From an archaeon (GTDB taxonomy: Archaea > SpSt-1190 > DYHY01): a DNA stretch of 64,000 bases. Both the position numbers and the translations under genes were made by a program. The notes beneath the pieces were generated by a model that saw only the letters and a program-made list of their open reading frames with translations, made no database searches and was not told the origin of the DNA. The stretch's first letter is position 1; each line of letters starts with the position of its first letter. Below, piece by piece: positions 56,017 through 64,000 of this stretch. The stretch lies in NCBI GenBank assembly GCA_037442745.1, contig JBBIPP010000006.1:17561-81560 (forward strand). Reading direction: 5' to 3'.

Positions 56017-57381
56017 TTACTTGCCTTTCTTGAGGGGCGAGACATAGCTAGTCAAGCTTGGATCGGATTCTGGATTGACTGCATATTGCTGAAGAATCTG
56101 CAAACGTTCCAACCGGGCTTTTCTGACCAATTTATCATCGGCAAGTGCGCCCTTAAGCATACCATAGATTGCATCGATTGCATCCATATAGGGCTTACCT
56201 TTGCGTACTTGCTCTGATAAATTAATTATCTCCGAGCTTAGATTCTTGATTCTAGCTTCGGTCTTCTCGAGTTCCTTCAGGTAGCTGTCGAAAGTCGCTC
56301 CTGAAACGGGTGCCCCGGCAGTCTCCAGATATGAAACTAGCGCATTGTCAAGGCTATCTCCTTCCTTTTTCGCATTGTAATTTTCCCTGGCTCCGTTAAG
56401 TGCCCGTGACAGGAAACCCTGTTTGTTTAAGAGGGCTTTCATCTCAACTCCAGACTTCCTGAGAACTTCCTCTGCGTTCTGATATTTTTTCTTCTCTCCC
56501 TGTACTGCAGAATCGAAATCATTATATGCCGCCAGCCTCCTTGCTTCCGCAGCATCATTTGTTCTGCGGTTAACGTCTTCTATCTGGATCTTTCCAAGTA
56601 ACTCTAGGTTGGCAACTGCCTTGAGCCCTCTTGCGGACACGGCCGCTGCAGCTTCTTCTCCTGCTTTTTTCAAGGCATCTGGTGTGTTGTTTGCGAGCCA
56701 TTCTGCCACTGCTTTTGAGATTGCACCTTCTGAAACTACTGCTATTGTTCCGTTTTGAACACCATCCAAGTAAGTTTGGGCATCCTTAAGCAAATCACTT
56801 AGACTTACTGTCTCGGTTTCTGTTTTCCTTTCTGTTGTCGAAACAAGTCTATATCCGTTTTTTTCCAGCTCAGCTATTCCGGTAGCATCCGTCGGAGAAA
56901 CAGTTATCTGCGAAACCTCTTCATATGAAGAGTTTAAAAGTTTGGAAATCGGTCTTCCTCTTCCAGTTCCCAAAAATCCGCCGTCTGCCCTCCTCTCAAA
57001 CGTTTTTCCTCCTTCAACAATTACTTTCTCTATAGTAACCTTTGGAGAGTCCCCCGCAACCTTAGATTTCAGTATTATCTGAGATCCGGAAACCCCTGTT
57101 GTTGGGCTAACATATTGGTCGAAAGAAGTGTATCTTTCGGCCTCTAAACGCGCGGCAGTTCTTTGATTCTCTATCTCAGAAAGCAAAGCTTCCATTTGAG
57201 TATTCATCTGATTTCCAACAACTTTGTCCGCATTTCCTGCCAAAGTTGTAAAGACACCATCCGCCTCCACTCCGGTAAGAACCTGTTTGAAAACGTCCGC
57301 ATAGTTTTTCAGAACGTCAGATACCCCTGAAGGTAAGGGCATATCCAAATATGTTGCCGTTTTTCTTTTCTTTGCTACCAT
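56017..57381 (-). CDS. Hypothetical alpha-helical/coiled-coil protein (454 aa)
   Basis: Long ORF with A/T-ending codon bias, own promoter and SD; no signal peptide, no Cys. Confidence 0.85.
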   Translation of the reverse strand: MVAKKRKTATYLDMPLPSGVSDVLKNYADVFKQVLTGVEADGVFTTLAGNADKVVGNQMNTQMEALLSEIENQRTAARLEAERYTSFDQYVSPTTGVSGSQIILKSKVAGDSPKVTIEKVIVEGGKTFERRADGGFLGTGRGRPISKLLNSSYEEVSQITVSPTDATGIAELEKNGYRLVSTTERKTETETVSLSDLLKDAQTYLDGVQNGTIAVVSEGAISKAVAEWLANNTPDALKKAGEEAAAAVSARGLKAVANLELLGKIQIEDVNRRTNDAAEARRLAAYNDFDSAVQGEKKKYQNAEEVLRKSGVEMKALLNKQGFLSRALNGARENYNAKKEGDSLDNALVSYLETAGAPVSGATFDSYLKELEKTEARIKNLSSEIINLSEQVRKGKPYMDAIDAIYGMLKGALADDKLVRKARLERLQILQQYAVNPESDPSLTSYVSPLKKGK

Positions 57382-57386
57382 TTTTT

Positions 57387-57430
57387 ATCACTTAAAAATA
57401 ACATATTAACTAATCCTTTATATAACTTTG
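57387..57430 (-). promoter_or_regulatory. BRE-TATA promoter and Shine-Dalgarno of the 454-aa gene
   Basis: Minus strand CAAAG-TTATATAAA, then AGTGAT ~6 nt before ATG. Confidence 0.6.
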
Positions 57431-57524
57431 CCACGTTATAGTTGTAAAAACGTTATTTAGCCTTATAAAGGACCTTTTCCAAGTAAAAACTGATATATCG
57501 AAAGAGGGGTTTCTCAAGGAAAGA

Positions 57525-59660
57525 ATGTCCTCAAGCTCCAGTTATGGCTCTTCTCAGTCTGGATATTCCCAGACTGGGAATGTTAACCCAACCCTCTCTG
57601 GAGCCGGAAACCTCCCGACATACAAGAGCTTCTTCACTCCGGAGGAAACTGCGCTATTCACAAGCCATTATTTCAAGGCATACAGAAGCGAGGAGAAAAT
57701 AGAGGCATCAACTCTCTATGAGAAATTGTGCACATCAGTTCCCAAGTGGGCGGAAATCCCAATGCCGCTCAGCAAGGACTCTTTTGCCGGAACTCTTCGG
57801 GAAGCTCTCCTCGTCTGCACTCCGAACCAGGTTTTCACAATGGCGTTCTATTCGTTCATGTTCGCAATGTTCCTCTCAGTCTTCGGCCTGACATATCTTC
57901 CCTATTCCGGGATATTGCTCGCAGTCGCTTTCGCTACCCCGTTTCTAATTGCTGGGGTCTATTTCCTTTATCCAATAATCAAGATACGGATGGACAGGAT
58001 GGCTGTTGTCGGGGAAGCTCCCTTGGCAATTCTCTATCTAGTAATATCCCTCCGCGTTTCCCCGTCCCTTGAGAGGGCAGTCTCCTATGCCAGCAAGAAC
58101 GTTCCGGAGCCGATTGGGCGGGAATTCAAGTTCCTGATGTGGGACGTTTCAATGAAAACGAAAAATTCTATGAAGGACGCTGTCGGGGCATATAGCGCAA
58201 AGGTAAAATCCTGGGCTCCGGGATATTCGGACGCGCTCTATCTTGTCGCGAACTCGGTTGAGGAGCCCTCGAACAAGAGCAGGCTCGCAGTCCTTGAAAA
58301 GGCAATGGAGAACGCTCTTGAGAGCACTAAATCAATTATGGACAATTTCGCGCGGGGCCTCGGGATGCCTGTCGCGGTCACTAACGCCTTGGCAATCCTC
58401 CTACCGATTCTAGGCCTTGTAATGGCCCCGATGGCCTCAATGTTCATGAAGCAGGCGGGGGCGCTTCCAACGCTTCTCGTCCTTGTCTATGACTTTTTCC
58501 TTCCGGCAGTCCTCTTTGGAGTAGTTCTCCTGATAATATCTAGAAGGCCGTCCACATTTTCAGAAATTGACATTTCGGGCGATCCGGAAATTCCAAAGGA
58601 GGGCTATTACAGGATAAAGGGAGCGGGCGACATCCCGATTGGCCTCGTCTGTTTCGCGATTTTCATTGTCCTTGCGTTCGTCTCGATCTCAATAGTAATC
58701 AGCACTGCAGGGGGCGTCTTCCTTCCATCTCCTCCGAAAGGAATGGGGAATGCCACTGGATACACTGCCCTAAACACGCTTCCAATTGTCCTCGCGCTCG
58801 GGATATCAATAGGCCTCTACTATTACCTGAAGAACGTCCAGAAAATAAAGAGCAGGAAGAGGATTATAGAAATGGAGCGGGAATTCGCTTCAAGCCTCTT
58901 TCAATTGGGAAACATTCTTGAGCAGGGCAAACCATTGGAGGAGGCCTTTGAATATTCCGCCAAGGGCCTGAAAGGGACGAACTCGGCCGAGTTCTTCGTT
59001 GCAACAATAAGGAACGTCCGGCAAATGGGATTCCCGATTAAGCGGGCGATTTTCGACCCGAAATACGGCTCAATGAGCAAGGTGTCCTCTACCCTTATGA
59101 AGAACATTCTGGGAGTAATTATCGAGTCAGCGGACAGCGGGCCGATTGTAGCGTCCCAGACAACCCTATCAATTTCAAACTATATCAGGAACATCCAAAA
59201 CGTCCAGGAGAAAATTACAGACAGCCTATCTGACAACGTCACATCAATGCGCTTCCAGGCGCTTATTCTCGTCCCCCTTATTAGCGCGGTAATTGTCGGC
59301 CTGACGCAAATGGTGACTAACATCCTCCTTGCAATGAGTAAGCAGGTTGGTGAGCTTTTCAGTGGCGCTGAAAACACTGGAATTGCAATGTCCTTGTTCT
59401 CAACTTCCCTCTTCAATGTTGGAAACATTATGCAGGGCTCCTTCCTCCAGATTGTCGTAGGCATCTACACACTAATTCTCCTAGCAACTCTTGGCTTTTT
59501 CGTTGCAGGTCTCTCCAACGGAATACAGGACAGAATCGAGGTTGAAATGAACATTGGAAAAACCCTTTTCCTAGGGACAATTATATACTCAATAATAGTC
59601 GTTGTTATTGTGACAACATTCACTGGTCTTACTGAAGGTCTTATGGGAGGGGGGTTCTAG
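57525..59660 (+). CDS. Type IV pilus membrane platform protein (TadC/ArlJ-like, two T2SSF domains)
   Basis: Multi-TM; P.AILYLVISLR..PSLERAV and EFASSLFQLGN.L.QGKPLEEA repeats; follows the ATPase. Confidence 0.85.
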   Translation: MSSSSSYGSSQSGYSQTGNVNPTLSGAGNLPTYKSFFTPEETALFTSHYFKAYRSEEKIEASTLYEKLCTSVPKWAEIPMPLSKDSFAGTLREALLVCTPNQVFTMAFYSFMFAMFLSVFGLTYLPYSGILLAVAFATPFLIAGVYFLYPIIKIRMDRMAVVGEAPLAILYLVISLRVSPSLERAVSYASKNVPEPIGREFKFLMWDVSMKTKNSMKDAVGAYSAKVKSWAPGYSDALYLVANSVEEPSNKSRLAVLEKAMENALESTKSIMDNFARGLGMPVAVTNALAILLPILGLVMAPMASMFMKQAGALPTLLVLVYDFFLPAVLFGVVLLIISRRPSTFSEIDISGDPEIPKEGYYRIKGAGDIPIGLVCFAIFIVLAFVSISIVISTAGGVFLPSPPKGMGNATGYTALNTLPIVLALGISIGLYYYLKNVQKIKSRKRIIEMEREFASSLFQLGNILEQGKPLEEAFEYSAKGLKGTNSAEFFVATIRNVRQMGFPIKRAIFDPKYGSMSKVSSTLMKNILGVIIESADSGPIVASQTTLSISNYIRNIQNVQEKITDSLSDNVTSMRFQALILVPLISAVIVGLTQMVTNILLAMSKQVGELFSGAENTGIAMSLFSTSLFNVGNIMQGSFLQIVVGIYTLILLATLGFFVAGLSNGIQDRIEVEMNIGKTLFLGTIIYSIIVVVIVTTFTGLTEGLMGGGF

Positions 59661-59663
59661 GGA

Positions 59664-59951
59664 ATGGGAAGAGAGGCCGAGAATATGGCGAGGTCCGGAG
59701 CGGGCGGGCGGATGGTTGACCAGTGTTATCAGGAATCCGGAAAATGGGAAATCCGGAGACAGAGCCGGAAGGGAGACGTTTCAGTCAGCCCTTCAAAAGA
59801 GTCTGTCAAGAATGTCGGGCTCTTCATCCTTTTTATTGCAATAATAATACTCCTAATAGTCCTTCTTTGGAGGCATTTTTTCGAGGGCGGAAACATTGTG
59901 ACAAGCCTCTTCTCCCAGCTTATGCGCCTGACTGAGCCGAGGTATTCCTGA
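59664..59951 (+). CDS. Small pilin-like protein
   Basis: QSRKG|DV followed by hydrophobic helix; start codon uncertain. Confidence 0.65.
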   Translation: MGREAENMARSGAGGRMVDQCYQESGKWEIRRQSRKGDVSVSPSKESVKNVGLFILFIAIIILLIVLLWRHFFEGGNIVTSLFSQLMRLTEPRYS

Positions 59952-59952
59952 A

Positions 59953-60330
59953 ATGGCGAAACGTTTAGGAGAAGCAACTGCCTGGCCAATGAGCGCGGTT
60001 TTTATTGCTGGAGCGGCTGCCCTGATAATCGTCGCCCTCATTCTCTTCGCTTTCCTTGGAGGGAGCTTTGGAAAGCGCCTCTCAGAAAGGTTCGTTGACA
60101 TTTTCTTCTCAATCTCCCTCCCAATTTCCCCTATTTTCCTGAAAAGAAAGAGAGTAAAAAGAAAGGGGCAGGTTGACGACGAGGCAGTCCTCACTGTGAC
60201 AATAATAATCGGCGCGCTCTTTGCCCTGATTGCGCTCCTCTACTTGGGTTTTGTTAATGACGGCTTTGCGAAGGCAGGGTCAATAATAAAGCAGAGGTTC
60301 GAGAGAACGGGGGGTTTTTTCGGGACATGA
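59953..60330 (+). CDS. Pilin-like protein with two tandem class III signal modules
   Basis: KRLG|EAT + helix; internal KRKRVKRKG|QVDDE + helix. Confidence 0.65.
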   Translation: MAKRLGEATAWPMSAVFIAGAAALIIVALILFAFLGGSFGKRLSERFVDIFFSISLPISPIFLKRKRVKRKGQVDDEAVLTVTIIIGALFALIALLYLGFVNDGFAKAGSIIKQRFERTGGFFGT

Positions 60331-60512
60331 CAAAAAGGCGGGCCCAGAACGGGTCAATGATTTTCTGGATAGTTGTTGTCAGCGCCTGCGCGCTTTTTGC
60401 GGGAATTGTCCTCTATTACATGCTAAAACCGGACCTCTCCCTCCTTGCGAATCCGGATCCAATGAAGAAAACCGCGACAGATATTGTTGACAAGCTCCTT
60501 GGGATGGGCTGA
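60327..60512 (+). CDS. Small pilin-like protein
   Basis: MTKRRA|QNGSMIFWIVVV. Confidence 0.7.
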   Translation: MTKRRAQNGSMIFWIVVVSACALFAGIVLYYMLKPDLSLLANPDPMKKTATDIVDKLLGMG

Positions 60513-60530
60513 CTTGGGTGAGATGAAAAA

Positions 60531-60662
60531 ATGAATGAGCGGAAATCCCAAACTGAAATGCCAATGATGATTGTCTGGCTGATTCTGGGATTAATTGGCC
60601 TCGCAATCGTGATTGTTCTCGCAATGCAGGGAAAGGATCTCTTCAAGGCGGTGCTTTGGTAG
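60531..60662 (+). CDS. Minimal 43-aa pilin-like protein (not in ORF track)
   Basis: MNERKS|QTEMPMMIVWLILGLIGLAIVIVLAMQGKDLFKAVLW*. Confidence 0.7.
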   Translation: MNERKSQTEMPMMIVWLILGLIGLAIVIVLAMQGKDLFKAVLW

Positions 60663-60664
60663 GG

Positions 60665-61309
60665 ATGCGTGAGCGGAGGGTTGAATTGTGTCATCAGGAA
60701 TCTGGACACGAGGAAATCTGGAGGCAAGGCAGAATGGGAGCCGACTATAGCGCGGTTTTTTACCTCCTGATCGCAATAGTAATAGTCGTCCTTTTGACGC
60801 TCGTTGTTCGGGTTGCTTGGGAAAAATACGTGGAAACGGAGGAGAGACAGAACCCGCCAGAGACCCCTATAGGGACAACAATTGGGAAACTCTGCCAATA
60901 TGCTGACACGAGAACCGGGAGCGCAAAATCATTCTATACAGCTACAGGGGAAGTAGGTTATCGTAACAGGGACATTTTCACCCGGGAGATGTTTTCGGCA
61001 AGGCTTGTCGAATGCTTCCAGCCTGACACTTGCATTGAGGCGGACGCGTCAGGAAACTGCCTTGAATCCTGGAGCGGAACAGTTTCCCTAGAATTCGCTG
61101 AAACCTGCCAGTTTGGGTCGGAGAATTTCGGTGGGCTCTCAGGGAAAATAATCTGCTCTCAAGGAGAGGATTGCTCCGGAAACCTGATGGGAAACTATGA
61201 GGTTGAAGTCAAGACAATTCTCGGGGACTATTCGGTAACCGCCCTTCCGGATTTCTGCATATGGTTTAGGCCTGTTGATTCAACAAGCGGGCTTGTGGGG
61301 GCGACTTGA
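60665..61309 (+). CDS. Cys-rich pilin-like protein
   Basis: RQGRMG|ADY + TM helix; extracellular domain with multiple Cys. Confidence 0.7.
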   Translation: MRERRVELCHQESGHEEIWRQGRMGADYSAVFYLLIAIVIVVLLTLVVRVAWEKYVETEERQNPPETPIGTTIGKLCQYADTRTGSAKSFYTATGEVGYRNRDIFTREMFSARLVECFQPDTCIEADASGNCLESWSGTVSLEFAETCQFGSENFGGLSGKIICSQGEDCSGNLMGNYEVEVKTILGDYSVTALPDFCIWFRPVDSTSGLVGAT

Positions 61310-61962
61310 TGGGGGACAACGAATTCGGGGCGAACACCCTTCTCGGATTCTTGAGCGTCCTAGTTGTCGCGGTCCTTGTTGTCTGGGCGGTTTTCGGCCC
61401 AATCAGGGAAAAATTCGGGGAATCAATGGATAATTTGGAAAACTGCCGGTGCTCTGTTCCGGATCCAGTCCAGATAACCCTGAGCAAGGGGCGCGTTCTT
61501 GCGACTGCGGATTCTGAGAACAGGGCTAAGGACCCATTCATTGAGGACGGCTTTGACGGGATTGAAATAGACATCTGCAACTGCGAAGGAACGCCGTTGA
61601 ATCTCGAGAACATGCGGATTGTTTTCAATGTTACCTATGACTGCTCACTTGAGAAATACGGGGACGGAACGCTCGTCAGGGAGTACAGAATCCCCAAGGA
61701 CTTGAGAAAAGTCTCCCTTCCGAGAAACAAGGGAGTTTATTTCAAGTACAGAGACCTGACTGCAAGTGTCGGAACTTTTGAATACACTCTCTATTCCAAG
61801 GAAGCAAAAGAGTTGAGGCTCGAAATGTTTCTCCCGAGAACTGATTCCTCCGGAAGGTGGCGAGCAGAAGCATACGTTGATGGTCGGCTCTCCGGAATGA
61901 GGGAAGGATGGGTTGAGTTCGAGAACAAAATGACTAGCGAAATGTGCGTTCTTGGTGGATGA
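61309..61962 (+). CDS. Pilin-like membrane-anchored protein
   Basis: N-terminal hydrophobic helix after EFG|; beta-rich domain with Cys. Confidence 0.65.
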   Translation: MGDNEFGANTLLGFLSVLVVAVLVVWAVFGPIREKFGESMDNLENCRCSVPDPVQITLSKGRVLATADSENRAKDPFIEDGFDGIEIDICNCEGTPLNLENMRIVFNVTYDCSLEKYGDGTLVREYRIPKDLRKVSLPRNKGVYFKYRDLTASVGTFEYTLYSKEAKELRLEMFLPRTDSSGRWRAEAYVDGRLSGMREGWVEFENKMTSEMCVLGG

Positions 61963-61967
61963 TTCGA

Positions 61968-62165
61968 ATGGCTGAAAGACAATATAAAAAAGGAAGAAAA
62001 GCGGAAGGGGAAGGAAGGGGTTTCGCAATGAACTTTACAATCGGGATTGTCGGGGGGCTGATAGTTTTCCTCGTAATTGTCTTCCTAATTGCATATGCAA
62101 GAGGCTCTCTTGAAGGAAACCTATTTTCCCTCCGGCAACCCGGGAAATTCGTTCTTCCCTTCTGA
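61968..62165 (+). CDS. Small pilin-like protein
   Basis: KKGRKAEGEGRG|FAMNFTIGIVGGLIVFLV. Confidence 0.65.
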   Translation: MAERQYKKGRKAEGEGRGFAMNFTIGIVGGLIVFLVIVFLIAYARGSLEGNLFSLRQPGKFVLPF

Positions 62166-62223
62166 AAGGGAAAAACAGAATTCCGATAAGTATTATAACC
62201 GGAAAGGAGGAAAAAAAGCCGAA

Positions 62224-62733
62224 ATGGGCAGAAAAGCCGTTGAAATGGGCATCAATTTTGCTGTAATTATCCTAATTGTCCTTGCAGTCGCAATGTGGGC
62301 GCTAGGCGGGATAAACATGGCCGGAACACTTTTCAAGCCAGTAGGAGAAGGAGGAAAGGAATATACTTACCAAGTGAGCGGGAATTTTCCGCAGATTTGC
62401 GATGATTGGATTTCCTCCAGCGAGAAATATATTCCCTCATACATTCTCGGGGGCCCCTTCAGGCCGTCAGTCACAAAGTCTGCGGAAACCCAAGGGGCAA
62501 AGTTCGCTTGTTGCACAAAGAGCCTGAACCTCGCTGCAGAGAACCTGAAGAGCAAGGGCAAATATTTCACGAGCGATGAAGAGGCTTCCTGGAATCTTGT
62601 CAACCGATGCCTTGATGCCTGCCATGCTGTCGTGAATGCGCGGACAGCCTGCAACAATAACAACAACATTTCTGAAAAGTTCGACAAATGCATGACAAGA
62701 CAGCTTGAGAACTTCGATTCTTGCAAAGAGTAG
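62224..62733 (+). CDS. Cys-rich pilin-like protein
   Basis: MGRKA|VEMGINFAVIILIVLAV; 8 Cys in the C-terminal domain. Confidence 0.75.
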   Translation: MGRKAVEMGINFAVIILIVLAVAMWALGGINMAGTLFKPVGEGGKEYTYQVSGNFPQICDDWISSSEKYIPSYILGGPFRPSVTKSAETQGAKFACCTKSLNLAAENLKSKGKYFTSDEEASWNLVNRCLDACHAVVNARTACNNNNNISEKFDKCMTRQLENFDSCKE

Positions 62734-62759
62734 AGAAGGCACTGGAAAGGGTTTCCAAT

Positions 62760-64000
62760 ATGGAGAATGGAAGAGCCGGACGGAAGGGGGATCTTGCAAC
62801 AGTAATAACCCTCGTAATGGCAGCAATAATTGCAATTGCAGTCCTTTTCTTTCTTTTGGGCGGAATTTTCCCTTTGATAAGAGTTATCGGGGTCGATGTC
62901 CCGACAGAAGCATTGGTTGACATGAAAAAGAGCTATGTAGTCTCTTCCTGCTCAGGCTGGCTCGATTCTGGCGCCCTTGAGATTTCCTATAACCCGAAAA
63001 TAAACGATGCCCAGAAATCAGCCGATCTTGGATGGGACGAGTTCTGCTCGCCTGATGCTATACGGGACAATCCAATGATGCGTTGCACCTGCGCGAAAGC
63101 CTGCACAAAGGCAGTCTCGGCTGACAAGAAGTGCCAGCTGAATCCGAACATTTTCAAGCCAGATCTCTTCACCCATTCTACTGACGACCCGGAAAAGGGG
63201 ACAATTTCAACATCTTTCGAGTCAAGGGAGGGTGTCTCAAGAAAGTTCGCGGCATCCTATTGCGCCCTGGATTTCCTGAAAAGTCTCTCCGAAATTGACA
63301 GGACGTGCCGGCCGGAGAGCGAAACAGCTGGGCTTATTGTTGTCCAGATTCAATTGGAATATTCCAAGCCAATTGCTGACTATGGGACGCTGACACCAAT
63401 TGGATCGCTGAGAACAATTACCGGGGATCCCTTCCCCAACATAAACGAGGTGAAGGTGACTTGCCGGGTGACTTGCAGGGTTCCGGGAGGATGCGATGGA
63501 ACAACAGTCTCCGTCAACTACGGATGCAAGAGCTATCGTCCTTATTGGGCTTCACTAAATTCTGCAGACCATTGCTGTGAACGGAGCATTACTAGTTATC
63601 CGGGATCAGTTATTCCGAATGCGGAAAGGACAATTCCGGTGTCAACCGGGCGCTGTCTGGGCAGTGCCGGGGAATGCGGAAGCATTGAGAACTTCAGGGT
63701 CGAAAGCTCGGAAGAAACAAACGCATATTCAAGCATAACATTCATTTCCGGGGACGGCGCCAAGGCGCTTGAAAGGTTCCAGATTGTTGAACCTGCCCAG
63801 ACCTGCGACCATATTGCTGAAGGGGAGAGTTGCTCTAAAGAATTCACAATAAGGGCGCTCGACGAAGTGTTCGATGTTGACATTGGTGGCTCCCTTCGGG
63901 GAGCGCATTCCCTTGAGAACAATGCTCTCTATTGCAAGGCAGTCTATCAGGGGGACGACATATTCTCGACAAGAGAGCCACCGGTTTTGACTGTTCTGGC
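62760..64000 (+). CDS. Large Cys-rich pilin/adhesin-like protein, 3'-truncated by window edge
   Basis: MENGRAGRKG|DLATVITLVMAAIIAIAVLFF; frame appears open to the window end; many Cys. Confidence 0.75.
   Translation, partial: MENGRAGRKGDLATVITLVMAAIIAIAVLFFLLGGIFPLIRVIGVDVPTEALVDMKKSYVVSSCSGWLDSGALEISYNPKINDAQKSADLGWDEFCSPDAIRDNPMMRCTCAKACTKAVSADKKCQLNPNIFKPDLFTHSTDDPEKGTISTSFESREGVSRKFAASYCALDFLKSLSEIDRTCRPESETAGLIVVQIQLEYSKPIADYGTLTPIGSLRTITGDPFPNINEVKVTCRVTCRVPGGCDGTTVSVNYGCKSYRPYWASLNSADHCCERSITSYPGSVIPNAERTIPVSTGRCLGSAGECGSIENFRVESSEETNAYSSITFISGDGAKALERFQIVEPAQTCDHIAEGESCSKEFTIRALDEVFDVDIGGSLRGAHSLENNALYCKAVYQGDDIFSTREPPVLTVL

Overview
Archaeal chromosome segment. It is most likely from a small-genome DPANN lineage: it has a fused PriS-PriL primase, an AMP phosphorylase, archaeal ribosomal, RNAP and aIF genes, and TATA boxes about 25-30 nt upstream of many start codons. 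The backbone is the conserved archaeal informational gene order: rpl7Ae-rps28e-rpl24e; aIF5B, rps6e, aIF2gamma; PIN-ppa-rpoE1-spt4-rps24e; rpoL-primase-GINS; rpl44e-rps27e-aIF2alpha-nop10-PAC2; rps13-rps4-rps11-rpoD. Accessory blocks interrupt it: a thiolase/DUF35/mevalonate-kinase-like cluster, a Fur-led cbiMNQO operon, glycosyltransferases, surface proteins, several decayed pseudogenes (ferritin, histidine phosphatase, frameshifted nuclease) and a large type IV pilus-like locus with at least nine small class III signal-peptide genes. One tRNA-Ser(GGA) was found; no CRISPR array or rRNA was seen. The most notable oddities are: a TBP with a (KPKG)n tail and a MinD-like terminal amphipathic helix; a densely structured ~270-nt non-coding segment plus a catalytic-domain-less Zn-finger/HTH IS relic inside the rps11-rpoD operon; a near-perfect 7-1-7 Fur box downstream of an archaeal TATA box; a possible two-pilin polyprotein; a self-contained gene inserted into the pilus operon behind a duplicated ATPase 3' end; and intact enzymes with substituted catalytic residues (PPase, HIT, MVK-like). 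All calls come from reading motifs by eye; no database searches were run.
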